Part shown: positions 9,749-19,625 of the stretch, in pieces
Layout: every line of letters begins with the position of its first letter
Numbering within the stretch: position 1 is the stretch's first letter
Assembly: GCA_045586925.1 (NCBI GenBank)
Contig: JAZNBG010000035.1
Span: forward strand, 6,417-70,416
Direction: 5' to 3'
Length of the DNA: 64,000 bases
Source: Clostridia bacterium
Lineage (GTDB): Bacteria; Bacillota; Clostridia; Monoglobales; Monoglobaceae
The notes under the pieces: generated by a model
What the model was told of the DNA's origin: nothing
The model's database searches: none
The model's input: only the letters and a program-made list of their open reading frames with translations
Translations under genes and position numbers: made by a program

Positions 9749-10591
9749 TCATATCTCGTATGTCAGATGCCGTGTAACGTGGCAACTGATATTAACAGCC
9801 ACAGGCAGACCGGCAATGTGGGTAGGAAATGTTTCTACATTCACACCCAAAGCGGTGGTAATTCCGCCGTAGCCCTGAGGACCGATATCAAGTGCGTTAA
9901 TACGTTTAAGCAGCGTATCTTCAATATCTGCATAATATTTATCAGGATTGCTCTTTTGTATATCACGCAGCAATGCCTTTTTTGAAAGGATTGCTGCTTT
10001 TTCCATTGTACCGCCGATACCAACGCCTACAACAATGGGTGGGCAAGGATTACCGGATGCGTTCTTCACTGTTTCAACCACAAAGTCAAGAACACCGTCA
10101 AGCCCGTCTGATGGCTTTAACATTTTTATGGCACTCATATTTTCGCTGCCAAACCCCTTTGGAGCAATGGTAATTTTAAATCCGTTGCCGTCAACAATCT
10201 CGGTGTGAATTATTGCCGGTGTATTGTCCTCTGTATTTCCACGACGAATTGGGTCAGCGACCACCGATTTCCTAAGATAGCCGTCGCGATAGCCTTGCCT
10301 TACACCTTCGTTAATGGCATCATAAAGACCGCCACCGACAATATGTACGTCCTGTCCAAGCTCCAGAAAGAAAACAGCCATACCGGTGTCCTGACAAATG
10401 GGAACATCATTACGCCGCGCAATCTCGGCATTTTTGATAATATCACCTAAGATTTCTGCAGCAAGGGGATTATTTTCTGCATTCCTACCTTCTTTAAGAG
10501 CGTTTTCTATATCTTCGTTAAGATAACAGTTTGATTCTATACACATACGGGCAACAAGTGCCGTAATATCATTTGCATTGATTTCTCGCAT
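9749..10591 (-). CDS. Fe-S type hydro-lyase, fumarate/tartrate alpha subunit (class I fumarate hydratase, N-terminal type)
   Basis: PICQDTGMAVFFLELG, GGTMEKAA and ISCH motifs. Start set at the ATG (10591) 7 nt after GGAGGAA; the longer ORF-track start is unsupported. Confidence 0.8.
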   Translation of the reverse strand: MREINANDITALVARMCIESNCYLNEDIENALKEGRNAENNPLAAEILGDIIKNAEIARRNDVPICQDTGMAVFFLELGQDVHIVGGGLYDAINEGVRQGYRDGYLRKSVVADPIRRGNTEDNTPAIIHTEIVDGNGFKITIAPKGFGSENMSAIKMLKPSDGLDGVLDFVVETVKNASGNPCPPIVVGVGIGGTMEKAAILSKKALLRDIQKSNPDKYYADIEDTLLKRINALDIGPQGYGGITTALGVNVETFPTHIAGLPVAVNISCHVTRHLTYEI

Positions 10592-10702
10592 AAAAATTCC
10601 TCCACAAACATCTTGTTCTAAGTATAACACCAACTTTCGCAAAAATCAAGGCAGTAATACTTTTAACATCTCATCATATATTAGTATGTAGAGGTGATAT
10701 AA

Positions 10703-11596
10703 ATGAAAAAATATAGTTTTGAAATGCTAAAAGCTGACATTGAAACACTTGTACAAAGATTTCCTCAGGTCGAGTGGGGCAGCATAGGGAAGTCTGTGTG
10801 GGGTAACGATTTGTATTACATAAAGCTGGGGCACGGAAAAAAGAAAATTTCATACAATGGTGCTCATCACGGTATGGAATGGATAACATCGGCGTTGCTG
10901 ATGGAATTTGCAAAGGTTTTTCTTGATGCACAGCGGGCAGACAAATGCCTTTGCGGATTTTCTGTTGGAGCATTATGCGAAAAAACTTCCTTATATATAA
11001 TACCAATGGTAAATCCTGACGGCGTAGAGCTATCGACAAAAGGCTTGTCTCGATGGCTAGCCAAAAACGAACGTGATTATCTTATAAAATGCAACGGCTC
11101 GGAAGATTTTACAAAATGGCAGGCAAATGCACACGGCGTTGACTTAAATCACAATTACGATGCAATGTGGCAACAATCCAAAGCTATGGAAAGGGAGTAT
11201 GGAATTTTTGGACCGGGGCCAACACGTTTTTCGGGAGATGCGCCCATATGCGAGCCGGAGAGCCGTGCCCTTGCAGAATTTACTGTCAAGCACGATTTTG
11301 AGATGGTGCTTGCTTTTCACAGTCAGGGCAAGGTGATTTATCAAGGCTTTCAGGGCAAAGAACCGCCCGTGTCAATCAAAATTGCAAACGCCTTTGAATT
11401 AATTTCTCCATATAAAGTCGATACCACCGAGGGAATAGCATCTTTTGGCGGATATAAAGATTGGTTTGTTGACAAATTCTGTCGTCCGGGCTTTACAATA
11501 GAGGTTGGCGAAGGCACAAATCCTCTGCCTTACGAAAATCTTCCTATAATATATAAGGAGACCCTTCCTTTATTGTTAGGCGCAATGACTGTATAA
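10703..11596 (+). CDS. M14 zinc carboxypeptidase (gamma-D-glutamyl-diamino-acid peptidase-like)
   Basis: Zinc-ligand context HHGMEWITS, NPDGVE and a late His in FHSQG. Confidence 0.75.
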   Translation: MKKYSFEMLKADIETLVQRFPQVEWGSIGKSVWGNDLYYIKLGHGKKKISYNGAHHGMEWITSALLMEFAKVFLDAQRADKCLCGFSVGALCEKTSLYIIPMVNPDGVELSTKGLSRWLAKNERDYLIKCNGSEDFTKWQANAHGVDLNHNYDAMWQQSKAMEREYGIFGPGPTRFSGDAPICEPESRALAEFTVKHDFEMVLAFHSQGKVIYQGFQGKEPPVSIKIANAFELISPYKVDTTEGIASFGGYKDWFVDKFCRPGFTIEVGEGTNPLPYENLPIIYKETLPLLLGAMTV

Positions 11597-11662
11597 AGTC
11601 TTGCTAAACCGACAGATATGTGATATACTTACCAAAGAAAATAATCCGAAAGGAATGTTGAT

Positions 11663-12982
11663 ATGACACAGGGAAAAAGGATAAAAGTTATCGGCGCAGG
11701 TCTTGCGGGATGCGAGGCTGCGTGGCAGCTTGCAAACAGGGGCGTTTTTGTGGAACTTTATGAAATGAAACCGCAAAAATTTTCTCCGGCACATAAAAGC
11801 CCCGACTTTGCGGAGTTGGTTTGCAGCAACTCCTTTCGTGCAGACGGAATTTACAATGCAGTCGGTTTGCTTAAAGAGGAGATGCGTCGGCTTGGGTCAT
11901 TGATTATGGAATGTGCAGATAGCGTAAAGGTTCCGGCAGGGGGAGCTTTGGCTGTTGACCGTGATGCCTTTTCAAAAATGGTTACTGAAAAGATAAAAGC
12001 CCATCCCAATATAAATGTAATTGAAGAAGAAGTGACAAAAATCGATACTGATGAATATACTGTTATAGCGGCAGGACCTCTGGCTTCAGATGCCATTGCC
12101 GAGCAGATACTACAGCTAACAGGCAACACAGCTCTTCATTTCTATGATGCGGCAGCACCGATTGTTTCGTTTGAAAGTATTGATATGTCAAAAGCCTTCA
12201 AGGCGGCACGTTACGGAAAGGGCGGCGATGACTATATCAATTGCCCTATGAATAAAGAAGAATACATTGCCTTTCGTGAAGAATTGGTCAATGCCGAGGC
12301 GGCACAGCTCCACGATGGAGTGGAAAATCCAAAAGTGTTTGAAGGCTGTATGCCGATCGAGATTATGGCGGCACGTGGCACAGATACAATGCGTTATGGA
12401 CCGTTGAAACCTGTTGGACTTACCAATCCGCATGACAACAGCCGCCCTTATGCGGTGGTGCAGCTTCGTCAGGATAATGGCGCTGCAAGTATGTATAACA
12501 TAGTAGGCTTTCAAACCCATCTTAAATTCGGCGAACAAAAAAGGGTGTTTGGTATGATTCCGGGACTTGAAAATGCTGAATTTGTCAGATATGGTGTTAT
12601 GCATCGCAACACCTATATAAATTCTCCACAACTGCTAAGCAGTAATTATAGTATGAAGGAATTTCCCAAAGTGTACTTTGCGGGACAGATAACCGGTGTT
12701 GAAGGGTATATCGAATCTGCGTCCTCGGGTCTGTGGGCAGGATTGAGCGCGGCTTGTACGATTAGTGGCAAGGATGCGCCTGAAATTTCTGCAAAGACAG
12801 CAATGGGAGCTTTGGCAAAATATATATCCAACACCGCTGTTACGGACTTTCAGCCTATGAATGTGAATTTTGGCATTTTCGAGGATTTGGGTGAGCGGAT
12901 TAAGGACAAGCGTGAAAAAGCAGAACGATATGCTGCAAGGAGTTTTGAAGAGATAGATAGAATTGCCAAAGAGGTTAGTTAG
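11663..12982 (+). CDS. trmFO: Methylenetetrahydrofolate--tRNA-(uracil-5)-methyltransferase TrmFO
   Basis: FAD fingerprint [23 protein letters not shown], and [18 protein letters not shown]. Confidence 0.95.
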   Translation: MTQGKRIKVIGAGLAGCEAAWQLANRGVFVELYEMKPQKFSPAHKSPDFAELVCSNSFRADGIYNAVGLLKEEMRRLGSLIMECADSVKVPAGGALAVDRDAFSKMVTEKIKAHPNINVIEEEVTKIDTDEYTVIAAGPLASDAIAEQILQLTGNTALHFYDAAAPIVSFESIDMSKAFKAARYGKGGDDYINCPMNKEEYIAFREELVNAEAAQLHDGVENPKVFEGCMPIEIMAARGTDTMRYGPLKPVGLTNPHDNSRPYAVVQLRQDNGAASMYNIVGFQTHLKFGEQKRVFGMIPGLENAEFVRYGVMHRNTYINSPQLLSSNYSMKEFPKVYFAGQITGVEGYIESASSGLWAGLSAACTISGKDAPEISAKTAMGALAKYISNTAVTDFQPMNVNFGIFEDLGERIKDKREKAERYAARSFEEIDRIAKEVS

Positions 12983-13205
12983 CATAAAAAACACCTTTAT
13001 TTTCCAAAAGTTGCTTTTAAATTACAAAAAACACTTGACATAATTGACAAAGAGTATTACAATATATGACGTAGAAGTTTGTTTTTTAAAACAATATGTT
13101 GTTGTTTGAAAAAACAATAAAGAAAATATATAATATTTCTGAAATACCGAATTTGACAAAAGAATTTAAAATGTGTTACAATAATGTTACATTTTTAAAT
13201 TGGTG

Positions 13206-13235
13206 TTGACACATCCGGTGTTTTGGTGATATAAT
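13206..13235 (+). promoter_or_regulatory. Strong sigma-A promoter of the S-layer gene
   Basis: TTGACA (13206-13211), 18 nt, TGaTATAAT extended -10 (TATAAT at 13230-13235). This leaves a ~165-nt leader. Confidence 0.6.
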
Positions 13236-13405
13236 CAACCTAAGTTAATGGGAGTAGTACGCAATGATGTGTGTTTCCCGTTAACAAAGCCTCCCTTACC
13301 TAAATGGAGGGGGACCACACAAATCGTGGTGGTGGGTTTATTCTTATTTATTACTTTGTAAAAAAATTAATAAACATATATTTATTTTTAAAGGAGGATT
13401 TGAGA

Positions 13406-16309
13406 ATGTATAATCTCAAAAAAGTGATTGCTTCTATCTGCGTTATCGCTATGATGCTCACAACTGTTGCTTTTGGTGCAACATACAGTGACGTTGCAGA
13501 AGATAGTGCTTACTATGAAGCAGTTGAAACACTCAACAAACTCGAAATCGTTACAGGTTACGAAGACGGTACTTACAAGCCCGAAGAAGGCGTAACAAGA
13601 GCTGAAATGGCTGCTCTTATCGCTAGAATCCAGGGTTATGGCGACACTGCTGCCGGCAGTGCTAACACAGCTTTCGTTGACGTTCCCGCAAGCCACTGGG
13701 CATCTGGCTATGTTGCTAATGCTGCTGGTATGGGCATCATCAACGGCTATGGCGACGGCAACTTCGGTCCCGATGATCCCGTTCTTTACGAACAGGCTGT
13801 TAAGATGATCATGGCAACTCTTGGCTACACACCTTACGCTGAAAACAACGGTGGTTACCCTGGTGGTTACCTCGCTGCAGCACAGAGATATGATGTAGTT
13901 AACGGCGTTTCAAACGCTACAATGGGTACAAAGGCTAACCGTGGTACAATTGCACAGCTTCTTGTTAATGCAATTGACACACCTCTTATGGCTCAGAAGA
14001 CTTGGGCTACAGATGGTTCAGCTGAATACGTTATCTATGATGGCGAAGACAACCCTCTTAAGACTCTTATGAGTGTAAACCTTGGTTACGTTAAGATCCG
14101 TGGTATCGTTACAGAAAACGCATACACTGACCTTGATGCTGTTAAGTCAATTGACACATCAGTAGAAGAGACAGTTGAAATCGTTATTTCTGACGCATTT
14201 GACACAGCTAACAAAGACTTCCAGGATACAGACAGCACAACAGCTGGTATTCAGTATGAAGTAAGAGATTACCTCGTTGGCGCAACAGATGCTGCTGATT
14301 TCCTTGGTAAGTCAGTTCTTGCTTATGTAAAGAAGCTTGACAACAATGATTACGAAATCGTTTCTATTGCAATTGATACTGCAAGAAATGATGTTCTTGA
14401 AATCGACCTTACACAGTTCAACCAGATTAACGGTCAGGGTAAGTTTGAATACTTCAAGACAGAAGATGCTAAGTCTGCAACAGCTGTAGTTGTTGAAGAA
14501 GACGTAGTTGTATTGAATGGCGATGGTAATGAAACTCTTGCAAGCGTATTCGGTGTTGCAGTTGCTAATAATGGTGCAACAGAATTTGGTGGTAAGATTA
14601 CTCTTATCGACAACGATACAATAAATGGTTATGATGTAATCTTTGTTGAGATTGCTGAAACAGCAGTTGTTAAGAAGGCTGAAGAAGGTTATGTTACATT
14701 CAAGGCTAACACAGCTCTTAACACTCTCGGTGAACTTGTAATTGATGAAGAAGATGAAACTGTTATCATCAACATCACAAAGGATGGCGAAGCTATTGCT
14801 GCTGCTGACCTTAATGAATGGGATGTTCTTTCAATTATTACAAATGCAAATGGTTCATACATCAACGCTGAAGTAATTACTAACTCTGTTGTTGGTACAA
14901 TTAAGTCAGTTTCTAAGTCAACTCCTTCTGCAAATGATAATGCATACACAATTGAAGGTACAAAGTATGACGTAGCTCAGGGCGCTTATGGTTTGAGTGA
15001 CCTTGCTATCGGTGCTGGCGGTACATTCTACATTGATAAGTATGGCAAGATTGCCGCATTCAACGAAGACGCAGCTCTCGCTTCAGGTGTTGCTGCTAAC
15101 TATGCTTATGTAACAGCTACAGCTATTGACACAGATGTTCTTACTAATGCAAACACAGCTCTCATTCAGATGGTTACAGCTGATGGTGTTGTAGCTCTTA
15201 ACGTTAAGACTACAAATGCTAAGATCAACGGTGCTGTATTTGATGCAGATGCTGCTGGTGCAGCTGCTACATTGACAGCTCTTGAAAACACTGTTGTTAA
15301 GTACACAAAGAACTCAGCTAACCTTATTACAGCTATCACAGCTGCTGACGTTCCCGGCGAAGATTTCGTAAGTGTTGCTCAGTCTGGTACACAGACATAT
15401 GATGCTGAAAACGGCAAGTTCACAAACTTCTACCTTGATGCAGATGCACTTGTATTCTTTATCGATGGTACTGATGTTGAAGACAGCTTCCTTGGTTCAG
15501 TTGCTGACCTTGAAGACGAAACACCTTACACAGTTAATGCTCTTTATGCAGATGAAAAGGCTGAAGACAACAACATTCTTGTTGTAGCAGGTGGCGTTGG
15601 TACAGTTAGCCCCAAGACAAACATGGGTGTTCTTACAGCTGTTGGCACATCTGAAAACGAAGATGGCGAATCTATCTACGCTGTAGAAGTTATGGTTAAC
15701 GGTGAAACAATCGTTGCTAACACAACTTCAGACGTATACAACGATGTAAATGTTACTAACCTCACAGTTGGTGATATCGTTAAGGTTAAGGTTGGCAGTG
15801 ATGGTCTTATCTCTTCACTCGAAATCGTTTACAACTTCGCTGAAGGTGTAAGAACATTTGATGCTACTACACTTGCAAACAATGCTGTTACAGCTGCAGT
15901 TGGTACTCCTTCAACAGCTAAAGAAGCATACGTTGGTGGTAAGGTAACATTCTATAAGGATAGCTCAACACAGGCTGACGTTGATGTTGATGGTGATGAC
16001 ACTGCTGATGCAACAATCAAGCTTTCACAGGCTCAGAATGTTTACGTTATCGATGCTAACGGCAGAAATGTTAACATTAAGAAGAACGGTGCTTTCAAGG
16101 CATATGAGTCACTTTACAAGACAGGTCTTGTTGACGTAAAGGTTTCTATCGACCGCGGTGCTGATATCACAGCAACTCAGGCTGATGCTCAGAAAGCTGC
16201 TGACTACGTTTACGCAAGAGTTTATGACGGTAAGGTTGTAGACCTCGTAATTGTTAAGGGTATTGCTGACATGATCGTTCGTGACGGCGCTGCTGTTCCT
16301 GCAGTATAA
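13406..16309 (+). CDS. S-layer protein with three N-terminal SLH domains
   Basis: ATG 13406 follows AAAGGAGG. Signal peptide VIASICVIAMMLTTVAFG. SLH repeats are YSDVAEDSAYYEAVETL, FVDVPASHWASGYV and a third copy. The remainder is long, Thr/Ala/Val/Asp-rich and Cys-free. Codon use suggests high expression. Confidence 0.85.
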   Translation: MYNLKKVIASICVIAMMLTTVAFGATYSDVAEDSAYYEAVETLNKLEIVTGYEDGTYKPEEGVTRAEMAALIARIQGYGDTAAGSANTAFVDVPASHWASGYVANAAGMGIINGYGDGNFGPDDPVLYEQAVKMIMATLGYTPYAENNGGYPGGYLAAAQRYDVVNGVSNATMGTKANRGTIAQLLVNAIDTPLMAQKTWATDGSAEYVIYDGEDNPLKTLMSVNLGYVKIRGIVTENAYTDLDAVKSIDTSVEETVEIVISDAFDTANKDFQDTDSTTAGIQYEVRDYLVGATDAADFLGKSVLAYVKKLDNNDYEIVSIAIDTARNDVLEIDLTQFNQINGQGKFEYFKTEDAKSATAVVVEEDVVVLNGDGNETLASVFGVAVANNGATEFGGKITLIDNDTINGYDVIFVEIAETAVVKKAEEGYVTFKANTALNTLGELVIDEEDETVIINITKDGEAIAAADLNEWDVLSIITNANGSYINAEVITNSVVGTIKSVSKSTPSANDNAYTIEGTKYDVAQGAYGLSDLAIGAGGTFYIDKYGKIAAFNEDAALASGVAANYAYVTATAIDTDVLTNANTALIQMVTADGVVALNVKTTNAKINGAVFDADAAGAAATLTALENTVVKYTKNSANLITAITAADVPGEDFVSVAQSGTQTYDAENGKFTNFYLDADALVFFIDGTDVEDSFLGSVADLEDETPYTVNALYADEKAEDNNILVVAGGVGTVSPKTNMGVLTAVGTSENEDGESIYAVEVMVNGETIVANTTSDVYNDVNVTNLTVGDIVKVKVGSDGLISSLEIVYNFAEGVRTFDATTLANNAVTAAVGTPSTAKEAYVGGKVTFYKDSSTQADVDVDGDDTADATIKLSQAQNVYVIDANGRNVNIKKNGAFKAYESLYKTGLVDVKVSIDRGADITATQADAQKAADYVYARVYDGKVVDLVIVKGIADMIVRDGAAVPAV

Positions 16310-16330
16310 TATCACAATTAGCTTAATTTA

Positions 16331-16360
16331 AAGAGACGGCATTATGCCGTCTCTTTTTTT
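16331..16360 (+). terminator. Rho-independent terminator of the S-layer gene
   Basis: AGAGACGGC-attat-GCCGTCTCT followed by T7. Confidence 0.85.
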
Positions 16361-16534
16361 GTCCATTTTGAATGTCCATAGTAACTAAACTAAAAAGCTT
16401 TACCTTTATTTGTCGAGAAAGATGGAGTGAGAAGGCAAAATGGTGGTATTATTTGCCTGTTGCACAAACAGGAATATTATGATAAAATAAAATGTATAAT
16501 ATTAGAAATTACGATGCAGGCGGAGGTTTTTGAT

Positions 16535-17965
16535 TTGAAAAGAAAAAGTGGTGTTCTTATGCACATTTCATCATTGCCGGGGGATTATTCCTGCGGCAGT
16601 TTTGGAAAAGATGCAAAGAAATTTGTTGATTTTTTGGCAGACTGTGGGTTTTCATATTGGCAGGTTCTGCCGTTTTGCCCTGTGGATGAATATAATTCTC
16701 CGTACAAATCATATTCTACGTTTGCCGGTAATCCATATTTTATAGATCTTGAAATACTTTATGGCAAGGGCTTGATTACCCGTGCCGAGCTTGACGAAGC
16801 AAAACAAGGCTCTCCTTATTTGTGCGAGTTTGAACGACTTTCTACAGACCGTCTGTCTTTGTTGTTAAATGCATCAAAGCGTGTTAACAACAAAGAGGAA
16901 ATAAAACAGTTTATTTTGGAAAATTCGTACATAGAAAGTTTTTGTAGGTTTATGGCGTTAAAGACTGCTAACGATAATATTCAATGGCAGAATTGGGAAA
17001 ATGAAAGTTATGATGCCGATGTTCTTTTTATGTGGCAGTTTATTCAATATGAATTTTTTGCTCAATGGAAGGAAATAAAAAACTATGCCAACAAAAAGGG
17101 GATTGAAATTATTGGGGATATTCCCTTTTATGTATCTCCCGACAGTGCAGATGTATGGGCAAAAAAGGAGCTTTTCCAACTTGACGAAATCGGGTTTCCC
17201 ACATCTGTTGCGGGTGTACCTCCCGATTATTTTTCGGAGGATGGCCAGTTATGGGGAAATCCATTATACAACTGGGATAAGATGGAGTCAGATGGTTACA
17301 GGTGGTGGCTTGACCGTATAGAGTTTATGCTGAAGATTTTCGATGGACTAAGAATTGACCATTTTCGTGCCTTTGAGTCATATTGGGCAGTACCTGCAGA
17401 TGAAAAGACTGCAAAAAATGGAGAATGGATAAAGGGTCCGGGTATGGACCTGATTGCAAAAATCAATGAGATTGCCGGAGATAAACTTATTATTGCCGAA
17501 GATTTAGGGCATATCACCAAAGAGGTTGAGCAGCTTGTCGAAGATAGCGGATTTCCGGGCATGAGGGTCTTTCAATTTGGATTTTTTGGTGGCGAGTCAA
17601 CCCATATGCCACACAATTACAAAAACAACTGTATTGCATATGCCGGAACTCACGACAACAATACCCTTCTTGGCTATCTGTGGGAGCTTGATGCTGAAAA
17701 TCGTCGCAATATGCTTGAATACTGTGGATATACAGACAACGACTGGACACAGGGTCTTGCGGCAATGCAACGTACAATATGGGCAAGTTCGGCAGGGGTG
17801 GTTATGTTTATCATTCAGGATCTGTTAAAATTTGGTTCGGACACAAGACTTAACTTTCCCGGCAGGGCAGAAAACAACTGGCGTTTTCGTGTGACACAGG
17901 AACAGATTAATTCTATTAGTAAAGAAGAGTTTAGACGGCTGAATGAAATTTATTACAGAACATAA
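16535..17965 (+). CDS. malQ: 4-alpha-glucanotransferase (amylomaltase, GH77)
   Basis: SGVLMHISSLPG, WGNPLYNW, RIDHFRAF and THDN motifs. Start is probably TTG 16535, 8 nt after GGAGG; ATG 16514 is the in-frame alternative. Confidence 0.9.
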   Translation: MKRKSGVLMHISSLPGDYSCGSFGKDAKKFVDFLADCGFSYWQVLPFCPVDEYNSPYKSYSTFAGNPYFIDLEILYGKGLITRAELDEAKQGSPYLCEFERLSTDRLSLLLNASKRVNNKEEIKQFILENSYIESFCRFMALKTANDNIQWQNWENESYDADVLFMWQFIQYEFFAQWKEIKNYANKKGIEIIGDIPFYVSPDSADVWAKKELFQLDEIGFPTSVAGVPPDYFSEDGQLWGNPLYNWDKMESDGYRWWLDRIEFMLKIFDGLRIDHFRAFESYWAVPADEKTAKNGEWIKGPGMDLIAKINEIAGDKLIIAEDLGHITKEVEQLVEDSGFPGMRVFQFGFFGGESTHMPHNYKNNCIAYAGTHDNNTLLGYLWELDAENRRNMLEYCGYTDNDWTQGLAAMQRTIWASSAGVVMFIIQDLLKFGSDTRLNFPGRAENNWRFRVTQEQINSISKEEFRRLNEIYYRT

Positions 17966-17982
17966 AAACTTAATAACCTTAA

Positions 17983-18009
17983 AATAACGCTGTAAAGCGT
18001 TATTTTTTT
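17983..18009 (+). terminator. Rho-independent terminator after malQ
   Basis: AATAACGC-tgtaaa-GCGTTATT followed by T7. Confidence 0.8.
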
Positions 18010-18038
18010 GCATACAATCTTTTAAACTGCAAATAATA
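18010..18038 (+). promoter_or_regulatory. Possible forespore-type (sigma-G/F-like) promoter of the spoVA operon
   Basis: GCATA (18010-18014), 17 nt, AATAATA (18032-18038). It resembles the GHATR-N17/18-CATnnTA consensus as I recall it. Weak call. Confidence 0.25.
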
Positions 18039-18066
18039 CTAAAAATACTAAATCGGAGGAAAGTAT

Positions 18067-18516
18067 ATGGATTTTACTAAGCAGGACTATTCCAGTTATA
18101 TAGAACAAAAATCGCCAAACAGCAAGCTGTGGAAAAATATTTTATGTGCCTTTGTAATCGGTGGTATTATCTGCACAATAGGGCAGGCTATAGGCAACAT
18201 TTATAAAATCGTCTTTGGTCTTAATGAAGAAAGCGTAAAGACTGCAGTACCAATAACAATGGTGTTTTTGGGTGCTTTGCTTACGGGGTTTAATGTATAT
18301 AACAAAATTGCAAAAGTTGCAGGAGCAGGAACGTTAGTACCCATTACCGGTTTCGCAAATGCTGTAGTGTCACCTGCAATTGAATTTAAGCGCGAGGGGT
18401 ATGTGCTGGGGGTGGCTGCAAAAATGTTTACCATTGCAGGACCTGTGCTTGTATATGGAATAAATACCTCAATTGTATTGGGACTTTTATATTATCTTTT
18501 TGGGCTGGGGGTGTAG
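18067..18516 (+). CDS. spoVAC: Stage V sporulation protein AC
   Basis: 149-aa membrane protein with SPNSKLWKNILCAFVIGGIICTIGQ and ITGFANAVVSPA, typical of SpoVAC. GGAGG RBS. Confidence 0.9.
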   Translation: MDFTKQDYSSYIEQKSPNSKLWKNILCAFVIGGIICTIGQAIGNIYKIVFGLNEESVKTAVPITMVFLGALLTGFNVYNKIAKVAGAGTLVPITGFANAVVSPAIEFKREGYVLGVAAKMFTIAGPVLVYGINTSIVLGLLYYLFGLGV

Positions 18517-18518
18517 TT

Positions 18519-19142
18519 GTGGATAAAAGACTTGGCGTACAAACTGTAAAAATGGAGCATCCTGTCAATATTCTTTCTGTGGCAAGTGTGGCAGGACAAA
18601 AGGAGTCGCAAGGCCCTTTGGCACAGCATTTTGATATCATTATGGAAGATGCCGAATGGGGCGAGCAAACTTGGGAAAAAACCGAGAGTAAGATGCAAAA
18701 ATCAGCGGTTATACGTGCTGTTGAAAAGGCTAGGGTTGACATTAAGGATATAAACTATCTTTTTGCAGGAGACCTTCTTAATCAGTGTATCAGTTCAACC
18801 TTTGGGCTAATGGATTTTGATATTCCCTTTATGGGAGTTTACGGTGCTTGCTCTACAATGGCAGAGACAATCGGACTTTCGGCAATAGCTATTGACGGCG
18901 GTTTTGCTAGGCTTGCGGCAGCAGTGACGTCAAGTCACTTCTGTACGGCTGAACGGCAGTACAGAAACCCGTTGGAATATGGTGGTCAGCGAACGCCTAC
19001 AGCACAATGGACTGTTACAGGCTCTGGGGCGGCAGTGCTTTCCAAAGAGGGGAAAGGCCCATATGTGACACATTTTACCTCGGGAAAGATTGTTGATTAT
19101 GGCATAAAGGATGCCAATAATATGGGTGCAGCGATGGCACCT
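18519..19142 (+). pseudogene. spoVAD: spoVAD 5' segment (codons 1-208 of a split gene)
   Basis: Thiolase-like SpoVAD N-terminal sequence (GACSTMAETIGLSA, TSSHFCTAERQYR). Homology ends at ...GAAMAP. The ORF then runs 8 unrelated codons to a stop at 19166. Confidence 0.9.
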
Positions 19143-19265
19143 GTAAGTGTTAAACTAACACCATAAGGCGATGTGCTAAATCTCTACAAATTATGCGCTT
19201 TTAAGCCTGATTTTGCATTTTGAGAGGTGATGGTTTAACACTTTTTATTATGGGAAGACGGAGGG

Positions 19266-19625
19266 GTGAAAGTGAGAAAAATTTATACTTATGGGAATGT
19301 ACAAAATTTTATAGAAAGAAGTGATGAAAAACTTAAAAACAAATTTCAAAATATTCTTGCCTATATCTCAAATGAGAAAAACGAACTTCGTGAACCTTAT
19401 GTGAGACATATTTCTCAAAACCGATTTAAAGGACTTTATGAAATAAGACTAAAGGTATCGGGAGCTATGTCAAGAGTTGTCTTTTCAAAGCAAGACGAAA
19501 ATATCATCCTTTTATATGCTTTTTATAAGAATGACAAGAAAGACACCAAAAGAGCACTTGAGCATTCGCTCAGGTTGTTAAATGACACAAGAAAAAATAA
19601 TTACAAGGAGGTACTTATAGCATGA
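19266..19625 (+). CDS. RelE/HigB-type toxin of the Gp49-like (DUF891) family
   Basis: FKGLYEIRLKVSGAMSRVVFSKQDENIILLYAFYKNDKKDTKRALEHSLRLL fits the Gp49/HigB pattern. No HTH antitoxin ORF follows. Confidence 0.6.
   Translation: MKVRKIYTYGNVQNFIERSDEKLKNKFQNILAYISNEKNELREPYVRHISQNRFKGLYEIRLKVSGAMSRVVFSKQDENIILLYAFYKNDKKDTKRALEHSLRLLNDTRKNNYKEVLIA

Noticed and set aside
13304-13405. ORF-track start of the S-layer ORF 34 codons upstream (MEGDHTNRGGG...)
   Set aside because: There is no RBS there. The ATG at 13406 follows AAAGGAGG and is immediately followed by a signal peptide, so the extension is leader RNA.
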